Shown here in pieces: positions 46,188-59,444 of a stretch of 64,000 bases of DNA. A model generated the notes under the pieces. That model did not search any database. It was not told where the DNA came from and was given only the letters and a program-made list of their open reading frames with translations. The translations under genes and the position numbers were made by a program. Location of the stretch: NCBI GenBank assembly GCA_964019335.1, contig OZ025673.1, forward strand, positions 1 through 64,000, in the 5' to 3' direction. Source of the DNA: Diplonema japonicum. Lineage: Eukaryota > Protista > Euglenozoa: Diplonemea. Numbering within the stretch: the first letter of the stretch is position 1; each line of letters opens with the position of its first letter.

Positions 46188-47967
46188 TAACAACTCCGTC
46201 GTTCAACAAACTTAGTGACCATTTCCTCAGTTATGAACTCTTCGTTGCCTTCTTCATTTAGAGCCTTCAAGCATTTTTCATTGACTATCTTCCACGTGGC
46301 CTGAATCTGTGGTGCATTGATGGATGGCTAATATGGCATACCATCTCGGTCTTGTACTCTTCGGGAGTGATTTTGCCATCTTCTTCTTTGTCAGCAATTA
46401 TGGAAAAGACGCCTTGGTGCTCTTTCTGCAGATGAGCCAAAACGTCGTCCACGGTGTTCCTCCTGAAACGTGTATGTGAGAAGAAAGACATATTCACATA
46501 CTCTTTGAGCATTTTACAGAATCCCTCTATTGACTTCCATTTCTGGTTGAAGCAAGTGTCCTCTATGCACTCATCGAAGTACCTGCTGAGCAGATCTTGC
46601 TGCTCCTCACCGGAAGGCATCGCACGTATGACGCAGTATGCTGTTAAATACTATGTGGGAGCAACAGAGGCATACCTCTCAGTGCATGCCACGACGCGAC
46701 AAGGAGGGCACCGTAAACATCAGACATGTCAGGTACATTTACATGGAAGGTGTTCACTCTACCATCTGGGTTGATGTACTATGTTGTTGTCGTTGTTTCT
46801 GTTTTTTTATGTTGGATTGCACACCTGCCACATAGGCCACTTCCCCCTGCTCGCGTTATCCTTCGCGATGGGCACCGACATGGACTCGACGAGACACACA
46901 TTCCTCTCTTGCATTTCACTGCTGGACAGCGTAACGCGCCGCAAGAAATTATCGATGAGCACTCTTGCGCTGGCGAAGGCCATGTTCCTTGCCTGTTTAC
47001 TCTCACTGAACTCCCTGAAATCCCTAAAGTCCGGCTTCTTTTCCTCTCTATTCTGCTTGTTCATCTGATCAAAAAGAGATTGGTCGGTGCACCTCAGAAC
47101 TATGGTGTCAAGATCTACGGTGTTCCCTGTGTACCATTTCATTTTGTTCGGCCCCTCGTCGCCACTGTACTGCGACATGTCACCATGGAAATGCTTCCGC
47201 TTCAGCTCGTTGAATATCTCGACTCCTTTAATAAGGAGATTCCGCAGGCCCAGCAGAGAGAGGGCCTTGCGCCTGAACATGGAGTGGCCGCCTTTCACGT
47301 TTGCAAAGTACTCTGGTACATGTTCGCCTGCACGAAGGCCTTCGATGTCGCGGTGGTACTCGTCTTCACGACAGTCGTACTTGACCTTGTACTCGTCGCA
47401 GCCCAGGAAGACGGCGATGATCTCGTCGAAGACCTTAACAGCGGTGCTGACCTGCCTCTCGTCGTAGGGGGGGACCACCTCGGGGACAGGTTTGTCGGGG
47501 TTCGTGACCCACTCCATGGTTTCCTTTGTCATCCCGTCCACCATTTGAATAACTTTCTTATAGTCCTCCTGTGTGTGCAACTGTGCTGCAGATGATTTCC
47601 TTGTAGAAGTGGGGTCTCCTCTGACAACGGTTCTGTAGTACCCTGCTGCATTATACTGACGCATGGTCCGCACATTGATGGTAAAGACCTTCTCATCTTT
47701 GTAGTACTTCACTTCCGCTTGAGTGCTTTTGTAGGAGTCTTCTAGTTCCTTAGCGATTTCTGGCGGGTACATGATGGGGGTGTGGTAGCGGGGGTCCACA
47801 GAGTACCAGGACCAGGTTGCAGGCTTAACACCCTTGAGAAACATCTCTACAGCTTTGTTCAGGTTACCCCCTGCTGCCTTGAGATATGCCTTTGCCTCCA
47901 CCTCATCAGTTATACAGCTCACCTCCTTAAAGGCGTGTAGGACTTCAAGGTCTGTCGATCCTGCCAT
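46188..47967 (-). CDS. UBA-like + WWE domain protein (4 introns in the 3' part)
   Basis: AFKEVSCITDEVEAKAYLKAAGGNLNKAVEMF; WSWY...YPPEIAKELE...INVRTMRQYN...RTVVR. Confidence 0.8.
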
Positions 47968-48819
47968 CTTTACGGTCACTTGATAAGTAAGTGGCGCTTG
48001 GGTCAGGGATATAATAAATGAAAGGAATGAGAAAAGAATTCCTTTTTTTGTTCTTCTTTTTGCAGTCATAATAAGAAAAGGGAAGATCAACGCCAAAAAA
48101 AAAAAAAAAAAAAGAAGGAAATAAAACAAACAAAAGAAAGATCATAATAAGCAATTAATAAAATAAAAAAGGGTTATCAAGGCGACATGATATAAAAAGG
48201 GGGGAGGAGGGCAGGGGAGAACACACAAAGGGTGAATAGCAAAAACCCTGCAGGGTAGAGTAGTTGGAAAAAAAAAAAAAAATAGTTTAGAGTCTTTTGT
48301 TTCTTTCGCATACCAAAATATGGTCAATTGTGTGATATCTGCCATAATGCTTTTCTTTTCTTTTTTGCTTCTCTTCACTATTGTCACAAGAATGATAGAT
48401 CGAAGAGCCAATCTGCGAAGATGCACATGTCAAGGAGCTAATATTTGACCATATAACACTGTAGGTGGACTTCGGCCGCCATCTGTTTTCCTCTTTTTCT
48501 TCTATCAACACGCATATTTAACATTTTCTTTCAATAGTGCTACATTCCTTATTTTTTTTATTTTCTTCTTCTTCATTTCTTTCTATTTTCTTTTCCTCAT
48601 TTCTTCTTTTCTTTGCGTTGTATCTCCCTTTTTCTTTCTATTTGCATTATTTCTTCTTCTTCTGACTGCTGTTCTAGAAGGGGGGGGGGGGAACCACTTA
48701 CCAACCTACCGAAACAAACAAACGAAATAAAAAAAAACCTACCATGCCGAGGAGTGCTAGCAACAAACCAGCGACAAGAATAAATTTAAAAAATAAAAAC
48801 GAAGGAACACCCACGTCAC

Positions 48820-51800
48820 TCACGCAAGTATAAAAGGGTGGGAGTCAAGCATCCTTGCCCCAGCGCGCTCTTCCGGGTCTCGCACTATGCAACTACGCAC
48901 AAAAGCCTGCAGAATAGGGGGAAGGTGATTAATGAATTCTATTCAACACACCTCAGCATCTTCTGGCAGTGTAGGTATCGAGGGCATCAAGGTTTTGTCA
49001 GTTTTTAGCTTGTAAACAAAAGCCTGCCCCACAAACTCACCGCTGTTAAGATCGTATGGCACCTAGGTACAGTAGAAGTGAAGTGAGGCATACCACTCCG
49101 GTGAACAGTTGGCACACCACAATGCCTAGGGACCAGATGTCAGATGATTTGTTCACGACACCACCACAGGCCTCAGGTGCCATGTACAGGGGGGTGCCTG
49201 TGATGCCCTGATGTGTGGGTGAGATAGATGTAACCTCAGACAGAAGTGTTGCAGTGCCGAAGTCGGCTAGCTTGCACTCACCCTCGTTCGTCATCAAGAC
49301 GTTATGCGGCTTCAGGTCTCTGTGCACGATGTCATTGTCATGCAGGAAGGTGAGACCACACACTATGTCTCTTGTGTACCTCCTGATTGACGGAAGGGGA
49401 AGCTTATTAAACTGCTGCACCATGCCCGCCAAAGACCCTCCGCTCAGGTATTCCATCACGATCAACACGTGTCGCCCCACCACACAGCTCCCAAGGTACC
49501 CCACCACATTATCATGCCGCAATGTTTCCAGCATGCTCACTTCCTGCAGCAACTCCTTCACCTGGTTTCGCGGTGACCCGTACCTGCTCTGGTTCCTTCT
49601 GCTCCTCCTTCTCTGCATAATATCGCTTCTGTTGCTGTTGTTGCTCACCAGGCTCCCCATGTTCGGCGACGCGGGGGACTTTGGTATCGTCAGCTCGTCA
49701 TCTGGCATCGCAGGCAGCTTCATCACCTTTAAAGCAACAAGGCCGCCACTTGTACTCATCCCCAGCCACACGTCACCGAAGGCTCCCTTGCCAAGACGCC
49801 TTTCGGAACGGAACCACTTTCGGTCGCAGGTGTCAGAGAACTGCAACGGGATCTCCCGTTCTTGCTGCGGTGAAATAGGTTCGTCGTCCTCCTCTTGTTT
49901 CTGCCGTAGTTGCTGTGCTTCTATCAGCTGCTGCCTTAACTTGCCTGTTGAGGAGTCGGCTGCTGTCGTGGGACGTCTTCCGACACTCGCACCGCTGCCA
50001 CTCCTCACGCTGCGACCGCTCTTAAAGCTCCACTTCCTGTGGAAGTGCTGATGCGAGGTAGTGGACGAGTGGCTGCTGGGAATTCGTGTGATTCCAGAGC
50101 CGCCTTCTGTATCGCTTGCCGATTCGGATTCTTCTGGTGTATCCAGGTTCAGCGGTTCTGCAAGGTGCAGCTCGTGCTCTACACCCTCTGCATTGCCTTC
50201 GAAATCTTCCCAGAAGCTCATTTGTGCTCTGTAATACCCACCTGTACGTAGCTCTGCCAGCCTCTTAGGTGCTGTGTGCAGCCATGATGATATGCGCAGC
50301 ATGCGTACTGCTTGAGGGTCACCTGCGTTGGTGGCAAGATATTCGACAAGCTTAGCCTTGCACTCTAACAAGCGCAGCTGTCTCAGCATGCTGAACGCTT
50401 CAACGTATAGCTGCGTGCTTCGCGCAGAGAGAGCACCTTGGGTCTTGGTACCAAGCAGTTCATATATTAAAATTGTGTCGAAGGAGTCAGGTGATTTGAT
50501 GGAGTCGACAGGGCGTGCGTCAATGAGCGACCGCACTGCGATGTACACCTTGTCGAGGAGTAGGATGTGCGTTCTGATCTGCCGCGTGAGCTGGATGACG
50601 CCATTGAGCAGGGCGGTGTTCTGCCCTACAACAACAGGCGCCATCTGCTCTTTGACACCAGCAGAGCCGACAAAAAAGGTGCCGCTCGTGACCGCGATTC
50701 CATACCATGCGTTAACGTCGGCCTCACGCAGAGCAGCGTGTAACTCAAGAGCGCACCCGCAAGCGGCCGCTGCGTGTTGGTGATGCGGCTTGTGCGTGTT
50801 CCAAGATATTAATATTCTGTTACTCTCGACATGAAGCGTAATTCCCTCGAAGGCCTTTGCCGTTTCAATTGTTTTCTTAATGAATAAATTCACGAGCCCT
50901 CCGGGACCCCCTACTGGGCACGACTCTAGGTCAATGTCAATTTCTATCAAGAGAAGTGTTGCGAATTTAGGTCTCAGGAACCCTGGCTTGTTCAGCCAGA
51001 CTGCTTCCATAGGAACAGACTTCTCATCGCTAATGCATGACCCGGTGTCCAACAAATCAGCGCCTGATCTGAGAGAAGCTGCAGACTTGAGCTGAGGAGC
51101 CGATCGTTTGGTGACACTGCCGAGGGACGGCGGTGATACCAAAGGGGGGGGAACAAGTGGAGGAGGTGGGCCTTTTGCAAGGGTGGGGCTTGGAGGTGCG
51201 ACCATTGCAGCCTGCTCGAATTCGCCCGTCAAGTACATTTCATTTCTCGTGTTGTTACGGTTGCCGTCGCTTTGGTACGTGTTGACCAAACTGTCGGGGA
51301 GCTGTATGTCCGAAGGGATGAGCGTATCATCGGTCATGAGAACAGACTGTGGTAGGTAAGACTTGTACAGCTTCAGGGTGCTCACCAATGCTGTGATGGA
51401 GAGCTTCAGGTTGGGGTCATATGTGTCGTCGGTGAGGAAGTTTGTGATACTATCCACACCTTCCAAGTTGAATTTAACGAGCTCCCACATGATGAGCTCA
51501 GTGCTGCTGACGGTGTTCTGCATTTGCTGTGTTCTTTTCGCGTTGAAGGCAGTGCCGTAACACACAGCAGCGCATGTCACAACGGGGATGAGCCGTGTGC
51601 CGATAGACACCATGAAGTGTTCCCACCCTCTGGAGCACTTTATCATCGACACGTCGTCCACCCCGCACCTGTCAGACGCCTCGTAGTCATAAGGTGCGTA
51701 CAGTCCGATGTCAAAGCTCTCCTCAACTGTGCGAAGGATCAACCATATTGCCAGTGTGCTCAGACAACCGAGTGCAACACCTTCTCTAGCACCGGAGGAA

Positions 51801-52176
51801 ACCATTGTCATCACGGTTACTAGAGCCATAGGCCACCCCTCATTGCTTGTTCTTTGGCAGGCAAGCCCCCAGTCGAGCGGTATAAGCAACATCAGAATGG
51901 CTACGCCGGCCACCTCAACTGACGAGGGAGTTATTTTGCTTGTAGTCATCGTGCAGGTCGTAATGCTGTTTGTAATGCAGTGTGCAAGTAAGCGACATAC
52001 ATCAGTATCACCGCCAGCAGCGTGAACATAGCTATCGCAGCAGGGAGAAAGGGGCCTTTTCCGGTCAGCATAGCTGCCACGACCACTGTGACCCATGGCA
52101 CTGCCCCTATTGTCGTCGTCAGCATCGTCGGAAGCAGCGGACCGCTCTTCCACACATCATTGTCCAAAATTAACAT
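48820..52176 (-). CDS. Multi-TM, nucleotide-cyclase-like, STE11/MEKK-type protein kinase (3 introns)
   Basis: Hydrophobic N-terminus; degenerate class III cyclase region; LGKGAFGDVW, VALK, EYLSGGSL, HRDLKPHN, DFG, GTPLYMAPE. Confidence 0.9.
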
Positions 52177-52439
52177 TCGTGCGTCTTAGCAGTGTACCTC
52201 ATACTCAGCACCTGTGGTAGGACTTCTTCTTGTATTATAACAAATTGAACAACAAGCGGTTAAAGGGAGGAAGTGGAAAAAAAAAAAGAGGAAGGAGTAC
52301 AAAAGGGGGTACAAAGGGGCTAGGGTTAAATCCTAGTAAGTTCCGGTATGCGGTGCTGCATTACACAAGAACGGGGGTGAACAACAACAACCAATATGTA
52401 CAATAAGATTAACATCTAAATAATAGCATGCAGTAGAAT

Positions 52440-55400
52440 CTAGAGAGCAGCCAGCTGGTCGCCAGAGAGGCCAACTCGTGGCAGCGACATGACCGGGGAT
52501 TGCAGCATGGCCAGGGCCTGTTGCTGCTGCTGCTGCTTTAAGGATGCCGCCTGCTGCCTGGCTAGCTGTTGGCTGAATGCATGTTGCGCCTGAACCTGTG
52601 ACCTTGTGAGTGGCGACGGGTTGACTGGCATATGCTGCGACAGTGAGTCAGGCTGGAAGGGCTTGGTGGGTGTTGAGTCAAAGAGCTGCAACTCTCTTGA
52701 CTTCTGGGGTGTACTTATCATACTCTGCACGGGAAACTGCTGCAGTGGTGATGTCACAAGCTGCTGCTTTGATTGTGGATTGACAAAAATCTCTGCTTCT
52801 TTAGGAACGACGTCGCTCACAGCAGAGTGCATAGCAGTCATGGCTTGCTGCACTTGCGCTTGAAGGGCAACAAGCTGCTGGCTGTCGCGAATGTGTTGCG
52901 CCTGCCACTCCTTATTTGCTTGCTTCAGGCCATTAACATTCTGCAGCTCAGCAAGCATCTCCTGTTCCCTTCCTTGGTAAATTGTAGTTATCTCAGATAA
53001 GGCCTTCTGCGCCTTTTTCAGCTCTTGGTCAATGCGCTGTGCCTGGCCATCTTTCGCCATCAGCCTCTGCTGCAAAGAGCTGACCAACTGCTGCAACTGC
53101 GACATCTGCTGTGTGAACGTTTCACCCACGTTGCTGAGCTGAGTCTGCGCCACGCGTTCTGCTTCCTGCAGCTGCGTCTGGAAACTGTTGTACATTTCCT
53201 GTTTTTCGTGGTTGTGTTTCTGTTCTGCTTCAAATATCTTCTGAATGGCGATGTTGTCAGCTCTCTCGATGTTAGCTTCAAACATGTCCCTGTCGTGCAG
53301 CGCTGTCTCACTGAAGTTCGGTGTAGCTGACACATTCCCCACAGCCTGGCCCTTCAATCTCACTATGGCCACCTGCGCTTCTTCCAGCTGCTTCCTGAGC
53401 TTCGAATTTGCTTCCTCAGCAATGGCAAGCTGTTATGATTCACACTTCAAAGATGCGCATACCCTTTCCCGAAGCTCCACAAATTCCCCTGGCCTGACAG
53501 ACTGGACAGGCACGGCCGCCAGCTGCTTCCTTTGTGCTTCCACCTGAGCTTGGAGTCTTGTCACTTCGAACATTGCTTCTTTGCACTTTGCATCGGCTGC
53601 CTCGCCCATCTGTATCTTGTCGGCAAGTAACCTCCTATTGTTTTCGTCTCGTTCCTGTTCGAAGCAATGCAGGGTCTTCGACCTTTCGGTCTCTGCGGTC
53701 TGCAACTGTGGGGTGTAAACAGAATGAAGATTCAATACCTGCATTTGCATTCTTGCAGAGAGGGAGCTGAATGCGGTTTCGCGGTCCCTGACCAACAATG
53801 CTTTTTCATCTTCAAGCCTTTTGCTGAAGCTAAGAGATTCGACTAACTCCAGTGTCTTGCTCTCGAGTTCACGCCGTGTGCTTGCAATATTCTTTTCACT
53901 TGTCTGAACCTGACTCATCAACTGGTCGACTTGTGCTTTACTGTGATCAAGCTCGATCCTCATGCGCTCGGACTGCTCAGTGTTCTGCGACAAAACGCGC
54001 TGCATCTGCGAGAAGTTATACACAACAAGCTCCATACCTCCTCGGTGTGCAGCTGCTGCAGCTCGTGGACCCGGGTTTCTACATCGTTATGCGCAACCTG
54101 TTTCTCGTGGTCCAGACCGTACATCTGCTCGTTGTACTTCTCAGCTGCTGCTGCAAGTCGCAGCTCTACCTCCTCGCGCAGCTTCGCATTCTCACACTCA
54201 GCAGCACGCAACTGCTCAATATGCTTCTGCGAGATCTCCATAATAGCCTGCTGCGCATCAGCTTTGATCTTGTCCTGCATTTGCTCCGCCATATGTACCT
54301 ATAATTATAATATTGTGCTGTGGTGCATACCTCGTGCAAACGACGCTCCTCGAGTGCAGTATTGCACGCACTGATCTTCTTTAGCTCCTCCTCCATCTTG
54401 AGCATGAGGCATCGATCCCTTTCCTGGGTTTCTTGTGTGGTTTCTCTGCACTGCTTAGCGAAAGCGAGCTTGTCCTTTTCCAACTTTAAAGCAAAGTCAC
54501 TCTCCTGCCTGCGCAAAGCCATGTCATGCCCAATCTGAAGCTCTTGTATTTTCCCCAGCAGCTCCCTTTCGTACTCGTGCTTCACACCGCTGAGTTTGTC
54601 TTCGAAAGCCTTCTTTTGTGTTTGTTCCTCGAGCGCCGACAGTTCTTTTTGTGACGCAAGATCCTGAGACAAACGCTGTGTCTCGAACTCATACTGTTTC
54701 AGCTTCCTGATGTACTCAGCCTCGACAGTGCTGATCTGCTGCTGCGAGTCCATTTCGAGGTTCTTCATCTTCTCTGAATAGGCTTGATCGATGGCACGCA
54801 CGTTCTCGTTGCTCTGCGTCTTTGCATCCAGAGTCATCTGCATCTGCATGTTATGCATCTCCTGCGAGTGCCTCAAGCTGAGCGCTTGGAGCTGCTCCTG
54901 AACACGTTGATCCAGCTTCTCTCTGAACTGCACCATTTCTTTTTCCATGTGCCTGTTCTGCTTCAAGACATCTGTCTGCCTCTGCTTGTCGGCTTCGGTG
55001 ACTTTCTGCAGCTCTAATTGTAGCTTTGCTACCTGCTGCTGGTGCTCGTGTGCTTGCTCTTGAGACTCCAGGTTATACGTCTGCAGAGCCTCCTGCATCT
55101 TGCTATTTGCGTCATAAACGCTGCGCTGCAAAGCACTCTCAACCGCCTTCCTATCAATGCGTTCCTCATCTATGCTAGTCACCAAGTTCTTCAAGTTGTG
55201 CTCCATCCTTTCCTTCACCTGCGCGTGTTGAGTTTCGGCCGCACGTAGTTGAGCACTAGCTGTGTCAAGCTTGGACGTAAGGTCTACTACATGCATCTGG
55301 AGCTCCAGGTTTTTTGACTCGACAAGATGCATCTTTTCAGCAATGCTTCTCGCCTGTTCGGTGCGATCTCTGATCTCTCTTTCTTTTTGTTGCTCTTGTT

Positions 55401-56070
55401 CTAAACTGAAAGTGCCTTCCAACTCCCTCAACTGTGCGTGAGCTTCGGTACGAAGCTTTGCCAGTTGAGTAGTATGTTGATCAGTTGTCATTCTCTCTTT
55501 TTCTGCCCATTTTGTCTCCAGCTCCTGGTGTGCCTCGCGGTGCTTGGTAGAGATATTGTTGATAGCATGTGTGTATTCCTCATGCTGCTTTGTCAAGCTG
55601 AGCTGCAGGTGTTCTTCGAACTGAGCGGCCTTGGCAGTCATCTCTTGCTTGTGCCTCGTTTCGATAAGACTCAAATTGGTTTCGTGCTGCTGGGTAAGGT
55701 GCCTGATAGTCATCTCATGCTCACGTGCCTGGTCTTCCTGCTGCCTGCGGAGACGGTCAATCTCGGAAGTCTGCTGTAGCTGCATAGACGAGAGCTTCGC
55801 GTCGCATTGCACACGCATGTGAGCCAGCGTGGTGTCGTCGAAGCCCTTCCTCTCTTCTAGCATAGCGCTGTACGTGGTCATTTCTTCTGTTGCAGAACGC
55901 ACAGTACGCTCAGCCTCCGTCTGATACATCTTCTTGAGCTCTTCTAAAGAAGTCAGCTTGGGTGGTGGGAGGGACACCGGACCGCTACGTGACGGGGAAT
56001 GATGCACATTGGGCGGCGAAATGAGAACAGGCGATGCGCGTATCGACGCGCTGCGGCGGTCGCTCGTCAT
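52440..56070 (-). CDS. Long coiled-coil protein (about 4 introns)
   Basis: Q/E/K-rich ORFs joined by GTAT..AG mini-introns. Confidence 0.75.
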
Positions 56071-56158
56071 TTGTGTATCCTGTGCAAAGTTACTGCAGTA
56101 TTGTCAATGTGATAATGAACACTTGCACTCATCGGTCGGAAAGGTTATGGTAAGTGGC

Positions 56159-58212
56159 TTACAGAGATAAGTCAATAGGGACGAGTGCCCCTTTTTCGTA
56201 AGCTGTGTCAGTTTTCATGGTTGAACACATGTCAAGGTAGTAGCAAGTGCTACTGCCGTCTGCAAAGCCAGCGGAGGTGAGAAGCTCATTAAGCTCCTGC
56301 AAAGTAGCAGACGATCTGTGAAGTGCATAGTAATGTAGTGAACACATGCATACCCTAGCGACGTGAGGTTCGATAAAAGTAAGTTCTTCGAGACTGTCTC
56401 GGCTCTAGTGCCATTCTTGTCTGGTCTGTCGAAGAACTTGTAGCCTCTCAACATGATAGGATCGACCGTCACCTTTGATGTTTTGACTCTCTTGCTAGAA
56501 GAAAACACAGATCCTTCGGGTGGTGTCGGAGCCTTGCTGTCTAGGTGCAAAGGCGTTTCAGGTACAGCCTTTCTCTTCCTCCCGAGGTTTTTTAGGATGG
56601 CCTTCATTCTGTGGCCTGCCGTCCTGCGCAGCCTATCAGCCATCAACCGTGCTGTTATCGCCAATTCCCATGTGATGCTTGGCCCATCTTGGTCACATCC
56701 CATGTCTAACACGTCCCGTAGACCTACTGCATGAGGCACGGTTATTACCCTTGCGATGATCTCTTCTTCGGAAGGTCCTCTTGATCCTGCTTTTCCTTTC
56801 CAGCTTCTACCCTTGCCACCCATCTCCAGGTCGCCCTCTCTCGCAAGCTGTTTCCATGTGTGCACCATAAGAGTCATACCTGCCGACTGTCCAGCTTTGC
56901 CATTGGCTTGAAAGTTACAGACTTCATCCTTCCCGGGTCGGGGATTAGGTACTCGACAATCTAAAGAACATCGCCATAAAACAAAACAAAGCACACCTCC
57001 TTTTCATAGTTGAACGTGCAGAACCTTGTCAGCGGCACTGACCCGAGGTCCACTCCCGACTGTGCGAGGAGGTGGCGCTTGACAACTGAGGTCAAGGTCT
57101 CAAGGCTGGTGGGGTCACCGCCGTCCTTTCCAAAGCACCATGACCCCCCATAGAATGTGTGCTTGGACGATTCCAATAGCTTTGCACCCACCAGCTGTAG
57201 CTTGTCTACTGGGTGGTCGCTTCGTCCGTTGCACGAGGTGAGGTGCACAAGCTTTGCGGTGTATTTGCACCCGTCGAGAAGGGTAGCTTCCCCGATTCGC
57301 TGGTCACTAAGCAGAATCACGTCAGCACCATCACTGAATGTCGGTTCAGGGCAAGGCACCGTGGCACCCTCATCGTAGATGTGGCTTCGAACGCTCCTCA
57401 AATTGCGAGGCACTTTGCAGTCGGGATACCTTCGGTGGTAAGGGTGCAATGTATGTATACCTGTGCTTTAGCTCCGCGACAAGCAGCTTCTCTGCAGGAG
57501 GGTGCAAGTATAGGGACTGATAGACGAGGTTTTCCTCCTGTGCCAGCTCCTGTGATGCTGTCGATTTTTAGTGCGATATACCTTGTCTCTCTCTTCACAG
57601 GCACACTTCAACTTTTCTAACATCACCTTCTGTTCCTTCAGCATAGCATCCAAAGGTGTGCCTGTGTCACCCAAGGCCAGCCTTGCGGACTCCTCTGCAT
57701 TTAACGCAGCTGCTGCATTTGTTGCTTCCAACTCCTGATGGGGTGGTATGGTGAGAAATGCATACCTGGCACACAGAGTCTTCCTGCAGCTTAAGGGCAG
57801 TTGCCTGCGTGGTGAGGTTCCTTTTAGTTTCCTCCTCCACTGCTACTTCACGCTTTAGCAGCTGAATCTTTTGCTGAAGTGCCTTAATCTCTGCTCCTGT
57901 TTTGCTTGTTATCTGTGATTCCCCTTCCTTTTCTCTGTTTCTGTGGAGCTGCCAAGCCGTAAGCTTTTGGTCTCCTTGTACTTTCTGGTTTGCAAACTGC
58001 GCCTTGCTCGATTGGCTCTGTGCTTGGAGCTGTTGTAACAAGTTGAGGTTCTGCTGCGTCTTCTCCGAGGCAGCATCTCCCTGCACTTCATTGTTCCTCT
58101 TCTTATTTAATAATTCAAGTAACTGGTTGTTTTGCGCCTGTGCAGCTTGAGGCTGCTTGCTCTGTCCTTGCAGCAGCTGCTGCAGCAGGTCTGCCTGAAG
58201 CTGCCGATGCAT
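56159..58212 (-). CDS. CCAR1/DBC1-like protein (Nudix-like DBC1 domain plus EF-hand-like C-terminus; several introns)
   Basis: YGGSWCFGKDGGDP...VKRHLLAQSGVDL...RFCTFNY resembles the DBC1 domain pattern GG.WS...DG.DP...TG.DL...RF...Y; LRGYKFFD. Confidence 0.7.
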
Positions 58213-58445
58213 ATTATCTTCCTACAGTTCGGTCTAAAACGCTTATGGGTTCAAATAAAGAAAACAGTAAAGAAAACCAAAAGCAGCAGGGACGCCACCT
58301 TAGGAAGCTCATTGTATGTGGCAGTCAACCGGAATTGTTGTCATGCATACAAAGAACCAAAATAAAACACAAATAAAAAAAGGAGGGTGGGAAAAGGGGC
58401 CACGTTATTTAGACAACGAACACACGAGTATTTCGAGCGTTATGC

Positions 58446-59444
58446 TCACATCCTCTTGGCGAGGGGAACGCCCGAGACGGAGGGGTCAACGTAGGCACCA
58501 CCGCAGTTGGAACCGTCCTCGTTGCAGGGGTAGTTGGTCTCGGTCCACTTGGCGGGGGTGGCCCAGTTGCAGGTGTTCTCAACGCAGAGGTCCTTCCCGA
58601 AGCCCCTCATCACCCTGAGGTAGCCCATCTCGCCCCAGTACTCGCCCCAGGAGTTCCTCACGATCCAGTAGGGCTTTCCGGCGTCGGTACCCCAGCCCAC
58701 GACCGAGATGGCGTGGTCGGCACCGCCGCAGAAGCCCTCGGCCACACCGCCGTGGTAGCTCAGGATCTGCGTGGCGTCGATCCCGCAGGCGACGGGCCCA
58801 CGTGCGTAGATCTCCTTCATGATGGCCTGCTCCCCCGTCACGTCGCCGTGCTCGGCGATGGTCGCGTTGGGGAAGTGGTCGATCGGCGCGCACTTCCCGC
58901 CGTTAGCGGTGAAGGTGGAGCACGTCCTGCACACGTTCATGTCGCTGCACTTCGTGTTCACCTTCCTGCAGAAGCCCTCGTCAGACTCGCTCGAGCACGC
59001 GAGGTACGGGTTGCACGTGTCGAACACGACACCGTCCTTGTTGTTGTGGATCCAGTTGTAGGCACCCCCGGACGACCCCCCGTGGCAGGACCCGGCGTTC
59101 CCGCAGTTCAGGATGTGCTGCACCGCGAGGTTCACGTCGATCCCCTTCCCCTTCCTCGCGATCTTGATGCGGTCCCCGAGGGCCGACACCGCCGCGTGCG
59201 CCCAGCACGACCCGCAGTACTGGGGGATGTGCTGGTTCAGGTTCTTCGTCAGGTAGTTCTCCCCGTTGATGTTCCCCCACGAGAAGTCCGTCGGCAGGTC
59301 AGCGTCCGACACGTACGTGTGCGGCAGAGCGCTCACAACGTGGTCCTTGAACCCCGCTGCCTTCTCCTGCTCCTTCGTCCACAGGAACGACTGCTTCGCC
59401 GACGCACTGCTCGCCAGCAGCACCATGAACATCGCGGAACGCAT
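58446..59444 (-). CDS. CTSZ: Cathepsin Z/X (papain family C1A), intronless
   Basis: Signal peptide; NQHIPQYCGSCWAH; EIYARGPVACGI; DHAISVVGWG; YWIVRNSWGEYWGE. Confidence 0.96.
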   Translation of the reverse strand: MRSAMFMVLLASSASAKQSFLWTKEQEKAAGFKDHVVSALPHTYVSDADLPTDFSWGNINGENYLTKNLNQHIPQYCGSCWAHAAVSALGDRIKIARKGKGIDVNLAVQHILNCGNAGSCHGGSSGGAYNWIHNNKDGVVFDTCNPYLACSSESDEGFCRKVNTKCSDMNVCRTCSTFTANGGKCAPIDHFPNATIAEHGDVTGEQAIMKEIYARGPVACGIDATQILSYHGGVAEGFCGGADHAISVVGWGTDAGKPYWIVRNSWGEYWGEMGYLRVMRGFGKDLCVENTCNWATPAKWTETNYPCNEDGSNCGGAYVDPSVSGVPLAKRM

